Below are positions 47,378-58,730 of a stretch of DNA of 64,000 bases, one piece after another (within the stretch, counting starts at the first letter, position 1; each line of letters begins with the position of its first letter). The translations under genes were made by a program, and so were the position numbers. The notes under the pieces are model-generated. The model did not search any database. It was not told the DNA's origin and saw nothing but the letters and a program-made list of their open reading frames with translations. Origin of the DNA: Bacillota bacterium (GTDB lineage: Bacteria; Bacillota; Sulfobacillia; SLMV01); NCBI GenBank assembly GCA_046483165.1, contig JAWODQ010000096.1:7667-71666 (forward strand), read 5' to 3'.

Positions 47378-48709
47378 TTGGCCATATCGCGATCGAGTGT
47401 GGCCTTCCACACCCTGGGCTGCAAAGTTAATCACAGTGACACTGCCCGCCTTGAGAGGGCATTCATCGGGGCGGGTTTTCGCGTGGTCGATTTCTCGGAT
47501 CTCGCCGATGTATTCATCATCAACTCCTGCACCGTGACCTCCACCGCTTCGAGGAAATCTCGCCAGATTCTTCGCCGGGCCCGGCGACAACACCCCGGGG
47601 CGATCGTCGCGCTGATCGGATGTTACCCCGAGGTTGCTCAAAAGATGGGCCCGGAATTTCCCGAATACGGTGCGGCATTTTCGCTACCGGCGGACGTCTT
47701 CGCGGGATTGGTGGAACCGGGAGAAGTCGTGGCGCGCGTCGAACGATTGCTGCACGCACCTCCCCCCGCCGGCGACGGTCATAGGGACATCCCGCGGCCG
47801 ACGCGGCCCGTCGTGGTCGCTCAGACGGGTTGTGACGGGAGATGTACCTACTGCATAATCCCGACCGCCCGCGGGCCCTTGAACAGTGTTCCCCTCGGGC
47901 GGGTGGTGGAAGAGGTGCGAGAGCACGTAGATTCGGGCGCCCGGGAGATCGTGCTCGCCGGAATTCATCTCGGTGCCTACGGGAAAGACGGCGGGAGCCA
48001 TGCGGGTTTGGGCCGGCTGGTGCAAAGTATCACATCGATTCCGGGAGAATGGCGTCTTCGACTTAGTTCGCTGGAGCCGATGGATTTGGATTCCCGTCTG
48101 CTCGAGGAAATCGCGGAAAATCCCAAGGTTGCACCGCACCTTCACCTGCCTTTGCAAAGCGGCTCCGATACCGTCCTCCGCCGCATGGGGCGAGGCTATA
48201 CCGCAAAACAGTATGGGGATCTTTTAGAACGCGCTCGCTCGCGTCGTCCCAACCTGGGCATCTCTACCGATATCATGGTCGGGTTTCCCGGCGAAAGCGA
48301 ATGCGAACATCGGGAGAGCCTGGAATTCGCCCGCAGCGCGGGCTTCACACGAACGCACGTTTTCCCCTATTCTCCGCGCCCCGGGACGCCGGCCGCGAGA
48401 CTACCGGACCGCGTCGACGGAGAAACGGTGCTTCGCCGACGTGACGAGTTCCTGCGTTTGGCCGAAGAGTCCGCGCTGAGTTTCCACCGGTCGCAGGTGG
48501 GTAGAACGGTGCGGGTGCTGTTGGAAGAAGAGTCGCGGGATTCTTGGGGTGACCCCCGCACTTTTCGGGGCTATGCCGGCAACTACTTGCCCGTAGAAGT
48601 GGATGCTAATCCCGGAGATCGCCCGGGGGACTTGGTTTCGGTGATCCTGGAGGCGGCCGACGGAACCGAATGTATAGGGCGCAGCCTATCGAAGGAACCG
48701 CTAAACTAA
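47378..48709 (+). CDS. mtaB: Radical-SAM methylthiotransferase (MtaB/MiaB family)
   Basis: MTTase N-terminal domain (AFHTLGCKVNHSD). Radical SAM CDGRCTYC. TRAM-like C-terminus. Start at TTG 47378 after GAGGAGGGG; GTG 47399 is an alternative. The ORF-track start at 47291 overlaps prmA. Confidence 0.75.
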   Translation: MAISRSSVAFHTLGCKVNHSDTARLERAFIGAGFRVVDFSDLADVFIINSCTVTSTASRKSRQILRRARRQHPGAIVALIGCYPEVAQKMGPEFPEYGAAFSLPADVFAGLVEPGEVVARVERLLHAPPPAGDGHRDIPRPTRPVVVAQTGCDGRCTYCIIPTARGPLNSVPLGRVVEEVREHVDSGAREIVLAGIHLGAYGKDGGSHAGLGRLVQSITSIPGEWRLRLSSLEPMDLDSRLLEEIAENPKVAPHLHLPLQSGSDTVLRRMGRGYTAKQYGDLLERARSRRPNLGISTDIMVGFPGESECEHRESLEFARSAGFTRTHVFPYSPRPGTPAARLPDRVDGETVLRRRDEFLRLAEESALSFHRSQVGRTVRVLLEEESRDSWGDPRTFRGYAGNYLPVEVDANPGDRPGDLVSVILEAADGTECIGRSLSKEPLN

Positions 48710-48751
48710 TATCATTGTAGGGAAATGGGCAGGATCTCGCGGAGGTGGCAA

Positions 48752-49825
48752 ATGAATAAAGATGAGCGCATAGGCCTGGGTGTCCTCTTCGGAGGTCCGT
48801 CGGGAGAGCACGAGGTATCCATCATGTCGGCTCGTGCGATTTGGGATGCCCTGGATCTGGACCGCTATCGACCCTACGCACTCCCGATTACGCGCGAAGG
48901 AATCTGGCATTGGATTTCAGATCCCGAGGACCTCTTCGAGCTGGGCCGGGTAGATCGCGATCCCGACGGCCATCGTCTCACAATGATTCCAGGACCCGAC
49001 GGGGGCCTTTTCGCGGGAGCGCAAAGACTCGAGATCGATGTGGCATTCCCGGTTTTGCACGGACCCTTCGGGGAAGATGGCTCCGTGCAGGGGCTACTCG
49101 AAATCCTGGGATTGCCCTACGTCGGAGCCGGTGTTGCCTCCTCCGGGGTGTCGATGGATAAACAACTCATGAAGGCTCTTTTCGCGACCGCTGGCATTTC
49201 GGTGGTCGACTACATATGTTTTCGTGGTGACGTTGGGGAGGATGAATACCGCAGTCGCGAAAGGCGAGTGGCGGCGTCCATCGGTTACCCCTGTTTCGTC
49301 AAACCCGCGGCCCTCGGATCCAGTCTGGGCATAACCCGGGTAGAAAGCCCCGACGCCTTCGACCAGGCCTTGAGGGATGCCCACCGATACGGAGACAAGG
49401 TGCTGGTGGAACGGGGCGTGACGGCGAGGGAACTGGAATGTAGTGTCTTGGGCAACGAAGTGCCGGAGGTCGCCGGGCCCGGAGAGGTTCTTCCCGCCGG
49501 TTCCTTCTATGACTACAAATCGAAGTATTTCGATGATCGTACTCGACTCCTCTTGCCCGCTCCCGTCGGCGAGTCCGTGGCGCGACGGGCCCGCGAGCTT
49601 TCCCTCGCAGCTTTCGAGGCGGTGGATGCCCGGGGGATGGCGAGGGTCGATATGTTTTACATCGAAGGGGAAGACCGACTCGTGGTCAACGAAATTAACA
49701 CCATCCCCGGTTTCACTCCCATGAGCATGTACCCGCGGTTGTGGATCCAGCGAGGGATGAGCTTCTCCGGCTTGGTCGATCGATTGATAGATTTGGCCCT
49801 CGAAGAGGGCGATACCCATGATTAA
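48752..49825 (+). CDS. ddl: D-alanine--D-alanine ligase
   Basis: MNKDERIGLGVLFGGPSGEHEVSIMSA is the Ddl N-terminus, followed by an ATP-grasp domain. Confidence 0.85.
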   Translation: MNKDERIGLGVLFGGPSGEHEVSIMSARAIWDALDLDRYRPYALPITREGIWHWISDPEDLFELGRVDRDPDGHRLTMIPGPDGGLFAGAQRLEIDVAFPVLHGPFGEDGSVQGLLEILGLPYVGAGVASSGVSMDKQLMKALFATAGISVVDYICFRGDVGEDEYRSRERRVAASIGYPCFVKPAALGSSLGITRVESPDAFDQALRDAHRYGDKVLVERGVTARELECSVLGNEVPEVAGPGEVLPAGSFYDYKSKYFDDRTRLLLPAPVGESVARRARELSLAAFEAVDARGMARVDMFYIEGEDRLVVNEINTIPGFTPMSMYPRLWIQRGMSFSGLVDRLIDLALEEGDTHD

Positions 49826-49855
49826 CTCATTTCGGGGTAAAAGAGATAGGGGGCG

Positions 49856-51226
49856 GTGATGCCGGTGCTTTGGACGTCGCGGCGCGGCGGTGCAATAATC
49901 TCGGGCATATCTGCTGTTCTTTTGTTTTTTGGAATTTTTATGGCTGGCAGTTTCTTCTCGACATCGGAAGCGGCGGAGACTGTCTCCGTCCACGAGGTCA
50001 CCCTCAGTGGAACCGTGGACGCGGGTCAGGCTTCACTCCTGCGTCGGGCAATATCCAGCGCGGAAGAAGACGGTTCCGACGTCCTGTTCGTTCGGATAAC
50101 CACCTTTGGTGGAGCAGTGAATGCGGCGGTCGACATGAAAGATATGTTGCTGGATTCCTCTCTGACTACAGTCGCCTTCGTATCCGGCAGGTCCTGGTCC
50201 GCGGGCGTCCTCCTGACCGTCGCATGCGATCACATATTCATGGCCCCCGGTTCCTCGCTCGGGGCCGCTCAGCCGATCCCGGCCGACGAAAAAACCATCT
50301 CCGCGGTGAAAGCGGAGATGGAGACCACGGCCAAGGCCCGGGGCAGGGATCCCGAAATCGTCGCCGCCATGGTCGACGAGAGACTGGAAATTGAAGACGT
50401 CATAGCCTCGGGAGAATTGCTTACCCTGACAGCGCAGAGGGCCGAGGAGCTGGGCTTTATAGACGGTATGGCATCCGATGTCGACGAAGCCCTGGAGAAA
50501 CTCGACTTCGCCCCCGGTTCCGTGACAGCGACCGAACCCACGACCACAGATCTGTTCGCCCAGTACGTAACGGACCCCTACATAGCGCCCCTCATTTTGG
50601 CCGTCGGTTTCGTCGGGGTCCTGGTGGAGATGTTCGTGCCGGGGTTCGGTTTCCCGGGCGGCCTCGGCCTGCTGGCGTTTGCCACGTATTTCGTCGGACA
50701 CATCGCTGCGGGTTATGCCGGCATGTCCATAGCCCTACTGTTTGTGGCCGGTATCGGATTGCTCGTGGCCGAAGTATTCGTTCCGGGATTCGGAGTCGTG
50801 GGTATAGGCGGCATCCTCGCGATGCTGGCCAGCATATACCTGGCATCTCCGACGCCGGCGGCGGCGACCTGGTCCATACTCGCGGCCATATTGGCAGTGA
50901 TTATTACCGCAGTAGTACTCGTCAAGATGGGAACTCGGCTCACTTTATGGCGTCGGTTATTACTGGATATGGAAGAAACCCAGGATCGCGGTTACGTCGC
51001 GCAAAGTGATTTGCGCGCATTGGAGGGACGGGAAGGTGTCGCCGTCACTTCATTGCGACCGGCGGGCACCATCGAAGTCGATGGAGAGCGAATAGATGTA
51101 GTTACGTTCGGGGAATACATTCCGAAAGACACTGCGGTTGAAGTGGTGAGGGTGGAAGGCCGACGGGTGATAGTCCGGGCGGCTTCAGCCCGGGAGGAAA
51201 GCTCTGGAGGAAGTGAGGGAGAATAA
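49856..51226 (+). CDS. nfeD: NfeD family membrane-bound ClpP-class serine protease
   Basis: ClpP-like domain ([20 protein letters not shown]), transmembrane segments, and a C-terminal OB (NfeD) domain. Confidence 0.8.
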   Translation: MMPVLWTSRRGGAIISGISAVLLFFGIFMAGSFFSTSEAAETVSVHEVTLSGTVDAGQASLLRRAISSAEEDGSDVLFVRITTFGGAVNAAVDMKDMLLDSSLTTVAFVSGRSWSAGVLLTVACDHIFMAPGSSLGAAQPIPADEKTISAVKAEMETTAKARGRDPEIVAAMVDERLEIEDVIASGELLTLTAQRAEELGFIDGMASDVDEALEKLDFAPGSVTATEPTTTDLFAQYVTDPYIAPLILAVGFVGVLVEMFVPGFGFPGGLGLLAFATYFVGHIAAGYAGMSIALLFVAGIGLLVAEVFVPGFGVVGIGGILAMLASIYLASPTPAAATWSILAAILAVIITAVVLVKMGTRLTLWRRLLLDMEETQDRGYVAQSDLRALEGREGVAVTSLRPAGTIEVDGERIDVVTFGEYIPKDTAVEVVRVEGRRVIVRAASAREESSGGSEGE

Positions 51227-52251
51227 TGGATGGTTTGATGTATACGTTGATCGTAGCCGGTCTCGGACTCATAGCCCTGGTGATATTGTTCAGTTTCATC
51301 CCCCTGGGATTGTGGATTTCTGCTCTGGCGGCCGGCGTGAAAATCAGCATAACCGGGCTCATAGGTATGAGGTTGCGTCGGGTCCCGCCGGCTCGAATCA
51401 TATTGCCCCTGATAAAGGCGAACAAGGCGGGCCTCGGATTGAGTGCCGACAAACTCGAAGCACACTTTCTGGCCGGAGGTAACGTGGACCGGGTCGTCGA
51501 CGCCTTAATCGCCGCGCAGAGGGCAGAGATAGATCTGGCCTTCGAGCGCGCGGCGGCCATAGATCTCGCCGGCCGTGATGTACTGCAGGCCGTACAGATG
51601 TCGGTAAACCCGAAGGTTATAGAAACTCCCGTGGTCGCGGCCGTGGCGAAGGACGGTATCGAAGTAAAGGCCAAGGCGCGGGTCACGGTGCGCGCGAACA
51701 TCGATCGCCTGGTTGGAGGTGCCGGCGAGGATACCATAATCGCCCGCGTAGGTGAGGGTATCGTCACTACCGTCGGTTCGGCCCCGGATCACGAGAAGGT
51801 CCTGGAGAACCCCGATTCCATCTCTTCGACGGTGTTGGGTAAGGGCTTGGATGCCGGGACGGCTTTCGAGATCCTCTCCATAGATATCGCCGACGTCGAC
51901 ATCGGAAGAAACATCGGTGCGGCGCTGCAAAGCGATCGCGCGGAGGCCGACAAGCGTATCGCCCAGGCCAAGGCCGAAGAACGGCGCGCCATGGCCGTAG
52001 CGGAAGAACGCGAGATGATCGCGCGGGTCGAGGAGATGAGGGCGCGCGTCGTAGAAGCCGAGGCGGAAGTGCCGCTGGCGATCGCCGCCGCTTTCCGAGA
52101 GGGACGACTGGGCGTGATGGACTATTACACCATGAAGAACATCCAGGCGGACACCAGTATGCGAGAAGGCTTCTCCAAGTTTGCCCCGGAGAGAGAAGAT
52201 GACAGTCCCGATGAGATGCGCCATCCTCCCGAAAAGGGAGAACAATCCTAG
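51226..52251 (+). CDS. floA: Flotillin-like protein FloA (SPFH domain, YqfA/UPF0365)
   Basis: N-terminal TM then SPFH domain. Strong similarity pattern to FloA ([28 protein letters not shown]...). Starts 1 nt after the nfeD stop. Confidence 0.85.
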   Translation: MDGLMYTLIVAGLGLIALVILFSFIPLGLWISALAAGVKISITGLIGMRLRRVPPARIILPLIKANKAGLGLSADKLEAHFLAGGNVDRVVDALIAAQRAEIDLAFERAAAIDLAGRDVLQAVQMSVNPKVIETPVVAAVAKDGIEVKAKARVTVRANIDRLVGGAGEDTIIARVGEGIVTTVGSAPDHEKVLENPDSISSTVLGKGLDAGTAFEILSIDIADVDIGRNIGAALQSDRAEADKRIAQAKAEERRAMAVAEEREMIARVEEMRARVVEAEAEVPLAIAAAFREGRLGVMDYYTMKNIQADTSMREGFSKFAPEREDDSPDEMRHPPEKGEQS

Positions 52252-52275
52252 AGGAAAATCCTCGGAGGTGATTGG

Positions 52276-52731
52276 ATGAACGTATCCGATCTGGTAGGAT
52301 TGCTCGTACTGCTGGTAGTATATCGCCTAATCCGCGGTGTTTTGGGCCGGGTGGGTCGAGCGGTGACGTCGCGCGATACCGCTCGATCCGGGCCAGGAGA
52401 CGGACGGGAAACCGTAGGAGATACGGGCTCCGTCCCCGAACCACCGCGCACCGATGCCCGTCGCCGCGCGGCTCGAATCCGATCTTCCGAAGGACACACC
52501 GTCGCGGCATCGCAACCCGGCGTGGCGGAAGTGCATCCCCGGGGTTCCGAAGGGGTGGATGACGAAGGACCCAAGCGGGCTTCGGGTGGGATGGACAAAC
52601 CGAAAGAGGGCGGGCGCGACGGGCCTTTCGATGAACTGATGCGGGAGTCCCCGCTCGTGGGGGGAATTGTAATGCGCGAAGTATTGGGACCTCCAAGGGC
52701 CGCCAATCCGTATCGTCCCCTCAAGCGTTAG
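52276..52731 (+). CDS. Hypothetical protein (N-terminal hydrophobic helix, Arg/Gly/Pro-rich low-complexity C-terminus)
   Basis: 151 aa ORF with SD GGAGGTGA. Synteny-wise sits at the position of B. subtilis yqfB. No motif. Confidence 0.4.
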   Translation: MNVSDLVGLLVLLVVYRLIRGVLGRVGRAVTSRDTARSGPGDGRETVGDTGSVPEPPRTDARRRAARIRSSEGHTVAASQPGVAEVHPRGSEGVDDEGPKRASGGMDKPKEGGRDGPFDELMRESPLVGGIVMREVLGPPRAANPYRPLKR

Positions 52732-52959
52732 CCCGGATTCGTTACCGCTCGGAGAACGGGTAAAGTCCCGCGCCACCGTCTTCTGAGGCGACCCGGGATA
52801 GAGGATAGAATATATGTGCGGCGAAGTCCCTTGCTAATGCGTCGAGATGTGACCGGTAGCCTGTAGTCACGTTTCTTGCGGTAGGTGCAATCACGATCAA
52901 GTCGGCCTCGTTTGGAGGCCGACGCAAAGATTTCGAATGGAGTGATGGAGAGTCAGCTG

Positions 52960-53943
52960 ATGAGCGCCTCCTCGAATGCGGAAGAAGTCATAAGAGCCAC
53001 TTTCCGAGTGGACGATAATGCCGATGCGGCCCAGCTATTTGGCCAGGGCGATCGCAACCTTAACGTTATCGAGGAAAGATTCCCCGTACGGTTTGTCAGC
53101 CGGGGTAACGAACTCGTTATCGTCGGTTCGCCCGAAGAGGTAGACCGCGTAAGTCGCCTCCTCGAGCGGCTTCTGTCCACCCTGCGCTCTGGAAACGAGA
53201 TAACCGAGCAGGTCCTTTCCCACGCCATAGATTTGACGCAGGCCGGCGACGAGGATCCGCTCGACGATATCTACGACGACACCATCATAACCACCGCCCG
53301 GGGGCGGAGAATAACGCCCAAGACCCGGGGGCAAAAGGAGTACCTAAAGGCCATGCGGGCCAATCCGCTGGCTTTCGCCATCGGACCCGCCGGGACCGGT
53401 AAGACTTTCCTGGCCATGGCCCAGGCCAACGCGGCCCTGAAGGCCGGTACCGTCAATCGCATAATCCTGACTCGCCCGGCCGTCGAGGCGGGGGAACATC
53501 TCGGATTTCTCCCCGGAGACCTGCAGGAGAAAGTGGACCCCTATCTGCGCCCGCTCTACGACGCACTCTACGACATCATAGGGGTGAACCGGTTCGAAAA
53601 GGAGATGAGCCGGGGCGTGATCGAGGTGGCACCACTTGCCTACATGAGGGGCAGAACCCTCGACGATTCCTTCATAATCCTGGACGAGGCACAAAACACT
53701 ACGCCGGAGCAGATGAAGATGTTCCTGACCCGTCAGGGCTTCGGCTCCAGAGTAGTCGTGACCGGCGACATCACCCAGATCGATTTGCAGCGGGGTACCA
53801 GCGGGCTGGTTCAGGTCCAAAGCATCCTCAAGGGAATCAAGGGGATAGAGTTCGTATATCTTACGGAGGCCGACGTCGTGAGGCATCCCCTGGTAACCCA
53901 GATCATTAGGGCGTACGAGCGATATGCAGAACAGGAGGAGTGA
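52960..53943 (+). CDS. phoH: PhoH-like ATPase (YbeZ family)
   Basis: Walker A GPAGTGKTF and Walker B ILDEAQN. Start chosen at the ATG with best SD spacing. The ORF extends to 52885. Confidence 0.8.
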   Translation: MSASSNAEEVIRATFRVDDNADAAQLFGQGDRNLNVIEERFPVRFVSRGNELVIVGSPEEVDRVSRLLERLLSTLRSGNEITEQVLSHAIDLTQAGDEDPLDDIYDDTIITTARGRRITPKTRGQKEYLKAMRANPLAFAIGPAGTGKTFLAMAQANAALKAGTVNRIILTRPAVEAGEHLGFLPGDLQEKVDPYLRPLYDALYDIIGVNRFEKEMSRGVIEVAPLAYMRGRTLDDSFIILDEAQNTTPEQMKMFLTRQGFGSRVVVTGDITQIDLQRGTSGLVQVQSILKGIKGIEFVYLTEADVVRHPLVTQIIRAYERYAEQEE

Positions 53944-54049
53944 CCAGGGCGGCGCAACCCGGCTTAGACGATCCGGGAAGAGACGCGGGTTTGACCTCGG
54001 CGGCATCCTGAGGCATTTCACAAAGACGCCTCTCCGAGAGAATTCGCCG

Positions 54050-56164
54050 ATGCGGCGCCTACTGTGGGCCCTTCTGTTCACCGCGTTGCTGGCGTTGTTG
54101 TTTGCCAGTAGTGCCCTACCCCAGCGGCTCGACGTGACCGTCGGAGAACCGGCCCCACACAATATCAAGGCTCCCATGGAATTCGAAGATAGGCCGACCA
54201 CGGAAAGGTTGCGCGCCGAGGCAGCGTCGGAAGTCCCCGGGGTGTACGAGCAGGATCCGTCGGTCGGCGAAGACGTGTTGGAGCGACTCGACGAGGTTTA
54301 TACTACCATAAGGAGTATCCGTGCCGATCTGGGGGAGACGGAGGACACGCCCGTCGATGGGGAAGACGTGAGTGGAAATCGCGTCGCAGAAGTGGAGAGT
54401 GCGGCTCAGGCGCTCGGCGAAGTGGCACCCATTTCGGTAGGTCGGGAAGATATGCAGATTATCCTCGACGCGAGTGACTCCGAGATCGATGAGGCCCACG
54501 CTCAGTCCGAGAGTCTGCTGTCGTTCTTCTTCTCCCAGGGTGTCAAATCGGACGGGCTGAATGCCTTCCGGGATCAGATACGGGAATCTTTCGAACGCTC
54601 GGAACTTCCGGATGAATTCGCCGCCCTGATGGGGCGAATATCGGGGAATCTTTTGGTTTCCAACCTGGTTTACAATGCGGAAGAGACGGAAAATCGCCGC
54701 CGGGCTGCAGTCGAGAGCGTCGAACCCGTCATGATACTCAAGGGGCAGGTTCTCGTCTCCGATGGCGAGGTCATCACCTCCGAGGATATGGTGCGGCTTC
54801 GAGATGCCGGATTACTGGTCGATGATACCCCCTGGCGCATCTATCTTTCCTCGGTCGGGTACGCCCTAATCCTAGTAACCCTGGCGGGTTTCTATTTTCA
54901 CAGGTTGGATCCGGACATGATCGGTTCCGAATCGCGCCTCGTGCTGATAGGCCTGGTCTTTTTGGTCACCCTATTCATAGCCCGTTTGACCATGACCGTA
55001 TCTCCCTTCCTGGCACCTCTGGCCGCGGGGACGATACTGCTGGCGGTATTGCTGCATTCCCATGCCGCGATATTCCTCGGCATGCTGATGTCGTTGGGCC
55101 TGTTTTTGGTCTCGGGGGGCGACCTTCGTGTCGTGCTGGTGGGGTTGATCGGCGCCATTGCCGCCTCGCTGGCCGCGAGCCGCATCGAGGATAGGAACGA
55201 CCTCATGCGGGCCGGCATCACGGCATCGGTGGCCGGCATGATCGCCCTGGTAGCCTACATTTTTTACACCGGCGGCATCTCCATTCGCGATGCGAGTCTT
55301 TGGCGCGATCTCCTGTGGACCGGGGGTAACGGTGTCCTTTCGGCCGTGGTGGCCATCGGTACGTTGCCGTTCTTGGAAGCGCTATTTGGGATGATAACCC
55401 CGGTCAAATTGGTGGAGTTGGCCAGTCCCACCCAACCACTACTGCGCCGTTTGCTGCAGGAGGCACCGGGCACCTACCATCACAGTCTCATGGTGGCGAA
55501 CATGGCGGAGGCCGCCGTGGAGGCCGTCAGGGGTGATCCAGTTTTAACCCGGGTCGGAGCCTATTTCCACGATGTCGGCAAGGCCCGTAGGCCTTACTTT
55601 TTCGTTGAGAATCAATTTGCCAGCGAAAACCCGCACGACAAGCTTACGCCCAACCTGAGCGCGTTGATCGTCATCTCCCACGTCAAGGACGGAGTGGAGA
55701 TGGCGCGGGATGCCGGTCTTCCGGAACCGGTGATAGATTTCATAGCCACCCATCACGGGACGACTCTGGCGGGTTATTTCTATTCCCGGGCGAAAGAGGC
55801 GGCGGGCGAGGAGTCCGTATCGGAGGAAGGTTTCCGCTATCCCGGCCCGCGTCCCCAAAGCAAGGAGACGGCAGTGGTGATGCTGGCCGACGCCGTCGAA
55901 GCCACGGTCCGCTCGCTGTCGCGGCCCACTCCGGATAGAATTCGTGCCGTCGTTAGGGACATAATTCACGCGCGGCTGGAAGACGGCCAGTTGGATCGCT
56001 GCGATTTGACCCTTCGCGATTTGGATCGGGTAGGCGAAGTGTTCACCCAGGTGCTTTCGGGTGCCTTCCACAAGCGCCTCGAATATCCCGAATCCGTGGT
56101 CAAGGCCATGGAAGGCGAGAAGAAAGAGGTGCAGGATGATAGTCGAGATAAGGACGAGTCCTGA
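54050..56164 (+). CDS. pgpH: 7TM-receptor HD phosphohydrolase (PgpH/YqfF-type cyclic-di-AMP phosphodiesterase family)
   Basis: Extracellular and 7TM region followed by an HD domain (HSLMVANMA...YFHDVGKARRPYFFVENQ...). Start at MRRLLWALLF. Confidence 0.8.
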   Translation: MRRLLWALLFTALLALLFASSALPQRLDVTVGEPAPHNIKAPMEFEDRPTTERLRAEAASEVPGVYEQDPSVGEDVLERLDEVYTTIRSIRADLGETEDTPVDGEDVSGNRVAEVESAAQALGEVAPISVGREDMQIILDASDSEIDEAHAQSESLLSFFFSQGVKSDGLNAFRDQIRESFERSELPDEFAALMGRISGNLLVSNLVYNAEETENRRRAAVESVEPVMILKGQVLVSDGEVITSEDMVRLRDAGLLVDDTPWRIYLSSVGYALILVTLAGFYFHRLDPDMIGSESRLVLIGLVFLVTLFIARLTMTVSPFLAPLAAGTILLAVLLHSHAAIFLGMLMSLGLFLVSGGDLRVVLVGLIGAIAASLAASRIEDRNDLMRAGITASVAGMIALVAYIFYTGGISIRDASLWRDLLWTGGNGVLSAVVAIGTLPFLEALFGMITPVKLVELASPTQPLLRRLLQEAPGTYHHSLMVANMAEAAVEAVRGDPVLTRVGAYFHDVGKARRPYFFVENQFASENPHDKLTPNLSALIVISHVKDGVEMARDAGLPEPVIDFIATHHGTTLAGYFYSRAKEAAGEESVSEEGFRYPGPRPQSKETAVVMLADAVEATVRSLSRPTPDRIRAVVRDIIHARLEDGQLDRCDLTLRDLDRVGEVFTQVLSGAFHKRLEYPESVVKAMEGEKKEVQDDSRDKDES

Positions 56165-56651
56165 GCTGGAGGTAGATCCCATCGCCACCCCGGCCATGCG
56201 TAGAGTGTTGCGAAGACTGATTGCCCGGGTGCGGGATCGAAGCCCCGTGGCTCTTTGCGGCGGAAAACCCCAGATAGATGTCACTTTGGTAGATGAGGAT
56301 GAAGTCCGCAGGCTCAACGCGAAATACCGGCAGGAGGACCGGGCCACCGACGTCCTCGCTTTCCCCCTGTTGGAGGAGTTGGACGACGCCTCGGGACCCT
56401 TCGATACCGTACTCCTCGGAGACGTCGTGATAGCGGTCCCGGTGGCGGCGGAATCCGCCGAAGAGCGAAGCATATCCCTGTTGCACGAGCTCGCGTTTTT
56501 GGCCTGCCACGGGGCGCTCCATCTCCTCGGATGGGACCACCCGGACGAACGATCTTTGCAGGATATGCACTCTATGTCCCACGATGCGATGGATTCGGTC
56601 TTCTTGACCGAATACGCCGACGATTGGGACCGTGAGGGAGAGGGTGACTGA
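56136..56651 (+). CDS. ybeY: rRNA maturation endoribonuclease YbeY
   Basis: H-x-x-x-H-x-x-x-x-x-H zinc motif region (HGALHLLGWDH). Overlaps the pgpH end. Confidence 0.85.
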   Translation: MIVEIRTSPELEVDPIATPAMRRVLRRLIARVRDRSPVALCGGKPQIDVTLVDEDEVRRLNAKYRQEDRATDVLAFPLLEELDDASGPFDTVLLGDVVIAVPVAAESAEERSISLLHELAFLACHGALHLLGWDHPDERSLQDMHSMSHDAMDSVFLTEYADDWDREGEGD

Positions 56652-57807
56652 ACTGACGTCTTCGTTTTGGAAGTTGCGCCATACCGGACTACTCCCGCTG
56701 CTGATTCTGGTGTTTTTACTCGTATCGGTGTCTTTCGCCGGATGTGGATCGGAAGAAGAAGAGCCCCCGGAGCAGGAGCCGATCGAGGAAACACCCGAGC
56801 CAGAGGAAGAACCGGATGAAGAGGATGATGAGTCCGAAGAGGAGGACGAGAACGCTTCGCCTCGGCCCGAAGAGGGCGAAGCGGTGAATCCGTTGACCGG
56901 TCTATTTCAACGGGAAGAGCTCCTCGCCCGCCGCATTTTGGGCGTAGTGATAGACAATTCACCCCGCGCTCGTCCCCATCTCGGTTTGACCGACGCCGAG
57001 GTAGTCTTCGAGATGCTGGTCGAAGGGGGCGCAACGCGCTACGTCGCGCTGTTCCTGTCGGAGCATCCGGAAATGTTGGGCCCGGTGCGCAGTGCGCGCC
57101 ACTATTTCGTACAACTCATGGAGTCCCTCGACGCCGCGTTGGTCCACTGTGGCGGAAGTCCCCAGGCCTACACGATGATCCGGGAGCGAAACTTCGCCAA
57201 TCTGGACGACCTCCGCGGCGGAGGTAGCTTCGTGCGACGTCCCTCGCCGGGTGTACCGTACGAACACACTCTATTCACTCGGATGCCGGAAAATCGCGAG
57301 CAGCTCGCCGAACGCGGACTCGAGAGGGAAGACATTCCCGCGGCGCCCTGGGGGTTCGCCGGCGGTCGCGATGACCCCGGCATATCGGGGCAGGAGGGCC
57401 AGAAAATGGAGGAATTCCGAATCGATTTTCCCCGGGGTTATGAAAGTTACGCTACCTCTTACGTGTACGATGAAGAGGAGGACGTATACTGGAGGTCGCT
57501 GGCCGGAGAACCCCACGAGGACCGGGAGACGGGCGAAGAACTCTCCTTTTCGAACGTGATCGTCCTGTGGGCCGAGACGGAACCGATTCCCGGCGATCGC
57601 GAGGGAAGATTGAACATCGATCTCGACGGATCGGGTGAGGCGCTAATAATTACCGCCGGTCGCGGATTTAGCGGCCTGTGGTCCGCCGAGGAAGAATTCG
57701 GCGTGAGCGGTCCACAGGGTCGCGAAGTCCGACTGACTCCCGGGAAGACCTGGATAACTATACTGCCCCTCGATACTGCCATCGAAGTGGAGGGATTACA
57801 GCCGTGA
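56644..57807 (+). CDS. DUF3048 (YerB-like) lipoprotein with acidic low-complexity linker
   Basis: Signal peptide plus Cys (VSFAGCGSEEEE). Long Glu/Pro-rich spacer. DUF3048-like body. GTG start overlapping the ybeY stop. Confidence 0.65.
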   Translation: MTELTSSFWKLRHTGLLPLLILVFLLVSVSFAGCGSEEEEPPEQEPIEETPEPEEEPDEEDDESEEEDENASPRPEEGEAVNPLTGLFQREELLARRILGVVIDNSPRARPHLGLTDAEVVFEMLVEGGATRYVALFLSEHPEMLGPVRSARHYFVQLMESLDAALVHCGGSPQAYTMIRERNFANLDDLRGGGSFVRRPSPGVPYEHTLFTRMPENREQLAERGLEREDIPAAPWGFAGGRDDPGISGQEGQKMEEFRIDFPRGYESYATSYVYDEEEDVYWRSLAGEPHEDRETGEELSFSNVIVLWAETEPIPGDREGRLNIDLDGSGEALIITAGRGFSGLWSAEEEFGVSGPQGREVRLTPGKTWITILPLDTAIEVEGLQP

Positions 57808-58730
57808 ACGAGAACGAAGAATCCACTTTCAAGTCGGGCTTTGTCGCGGTCCTGGGCTACGCCAACGTCGGGAAGTCTACGCTGGTCAACTCCCTCGTTG
57901 GGAGCAAGGTAACGATCGTATCACCCCGGCCGCAAACGACCCGACACCGGATCATGGGGATTCTTCACCGTCCCGATGCCCAGGTAGTATTCCTGGATAC
58001 GCCCGGGATTCACGAACCGCAAGATCGGCTGGGCGAGGGAATGCTGCGCGGGGCTCGCGATGCCGTAATAGATGTCGATATGACCCTATTGGTGGTCGAC
58101 GCCTCCCGCACCCGCCCCGGATCGGGGGATTCTCGAGCTGCGGATATCTGCGAGTCGGCGGGAGCTCCGACGATATTGGTCGTCAACAAGATTGACGACA
58201 TCCCGACCGAAGAACGCGAGGACCGGATAGCGAGGTACGCTCGCATCGGTGACTTCGACGTCGTAGTCCCGGTATCCGCCCTGCGTGGCTGGAATCTGGA
58301 TACCCTCCTCTCAGAGATCCTCGAGAGACTTCCCGCCGGGGGACCTCGGTACTTTCCCGAGGACACCGTGACCGATCGGCCGACGACTTTCCTGGCCTCC
58401 GAGCTGGTCCGGGAGCGAGTCTTTTACCTCACCAAGGAGGAAGTGCCCCATTGCACCACGGTGGTAGTCCGCGAGGCCGAGGAGAGACCGGGTCCGATCC
58501 TGTATTTGGCCATGGATATCGTCGTCGAGCGAGCATCACAGAGGGGTATTCTCATCGGTCGCGGAGGGAAAATGATCAAGCGTATCGGCGAGACGGCCCG
58601 TTCCCAGGTAGAAGAATTGCTCGGTATTAAGGTATATCTGGATCTTTACGTTCGGGTGGAAAAGGGATGGCGCGACGATCCCAGGGCCCTCGATGAATTG
58701 GGTTTTTCCGACCATAAGCGGGATAATTGA
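57804..58730 (+). CDS. era: GTPase Era
   Basis: G1 GYANVGKST, G3 DTPG, G4 NKID. C-terminal KH domain. GTG start overlapping the previous stop (GTGA). Confidence 0.9.
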   Translation: MNENEESTFKSGFVAVLGYANVGKSTLVNSLVGSKVTIVSPRPQTTRHRIMGILHRPDAQVVFLDTPGIHEPQDRLGEGMLRGARDAVIDVDMTLLVVDASRTRPGSGDSRAADICESAGAPTILVVNKIDDIPTEEREDRIARYARIGDFDVVVPVSALRGWNLDTLLSEILERLPAGGPRYFPEDTVTDRPTTFLASELVRERVFYLTKEEVPHCTTVVVREAEERPGPILYLAMDIVVERASQRGILIGRGGKMIKRIGETARSQVEELLGIKVYLDLYVRVEKGWRDDPRALDELGFSDHKRDN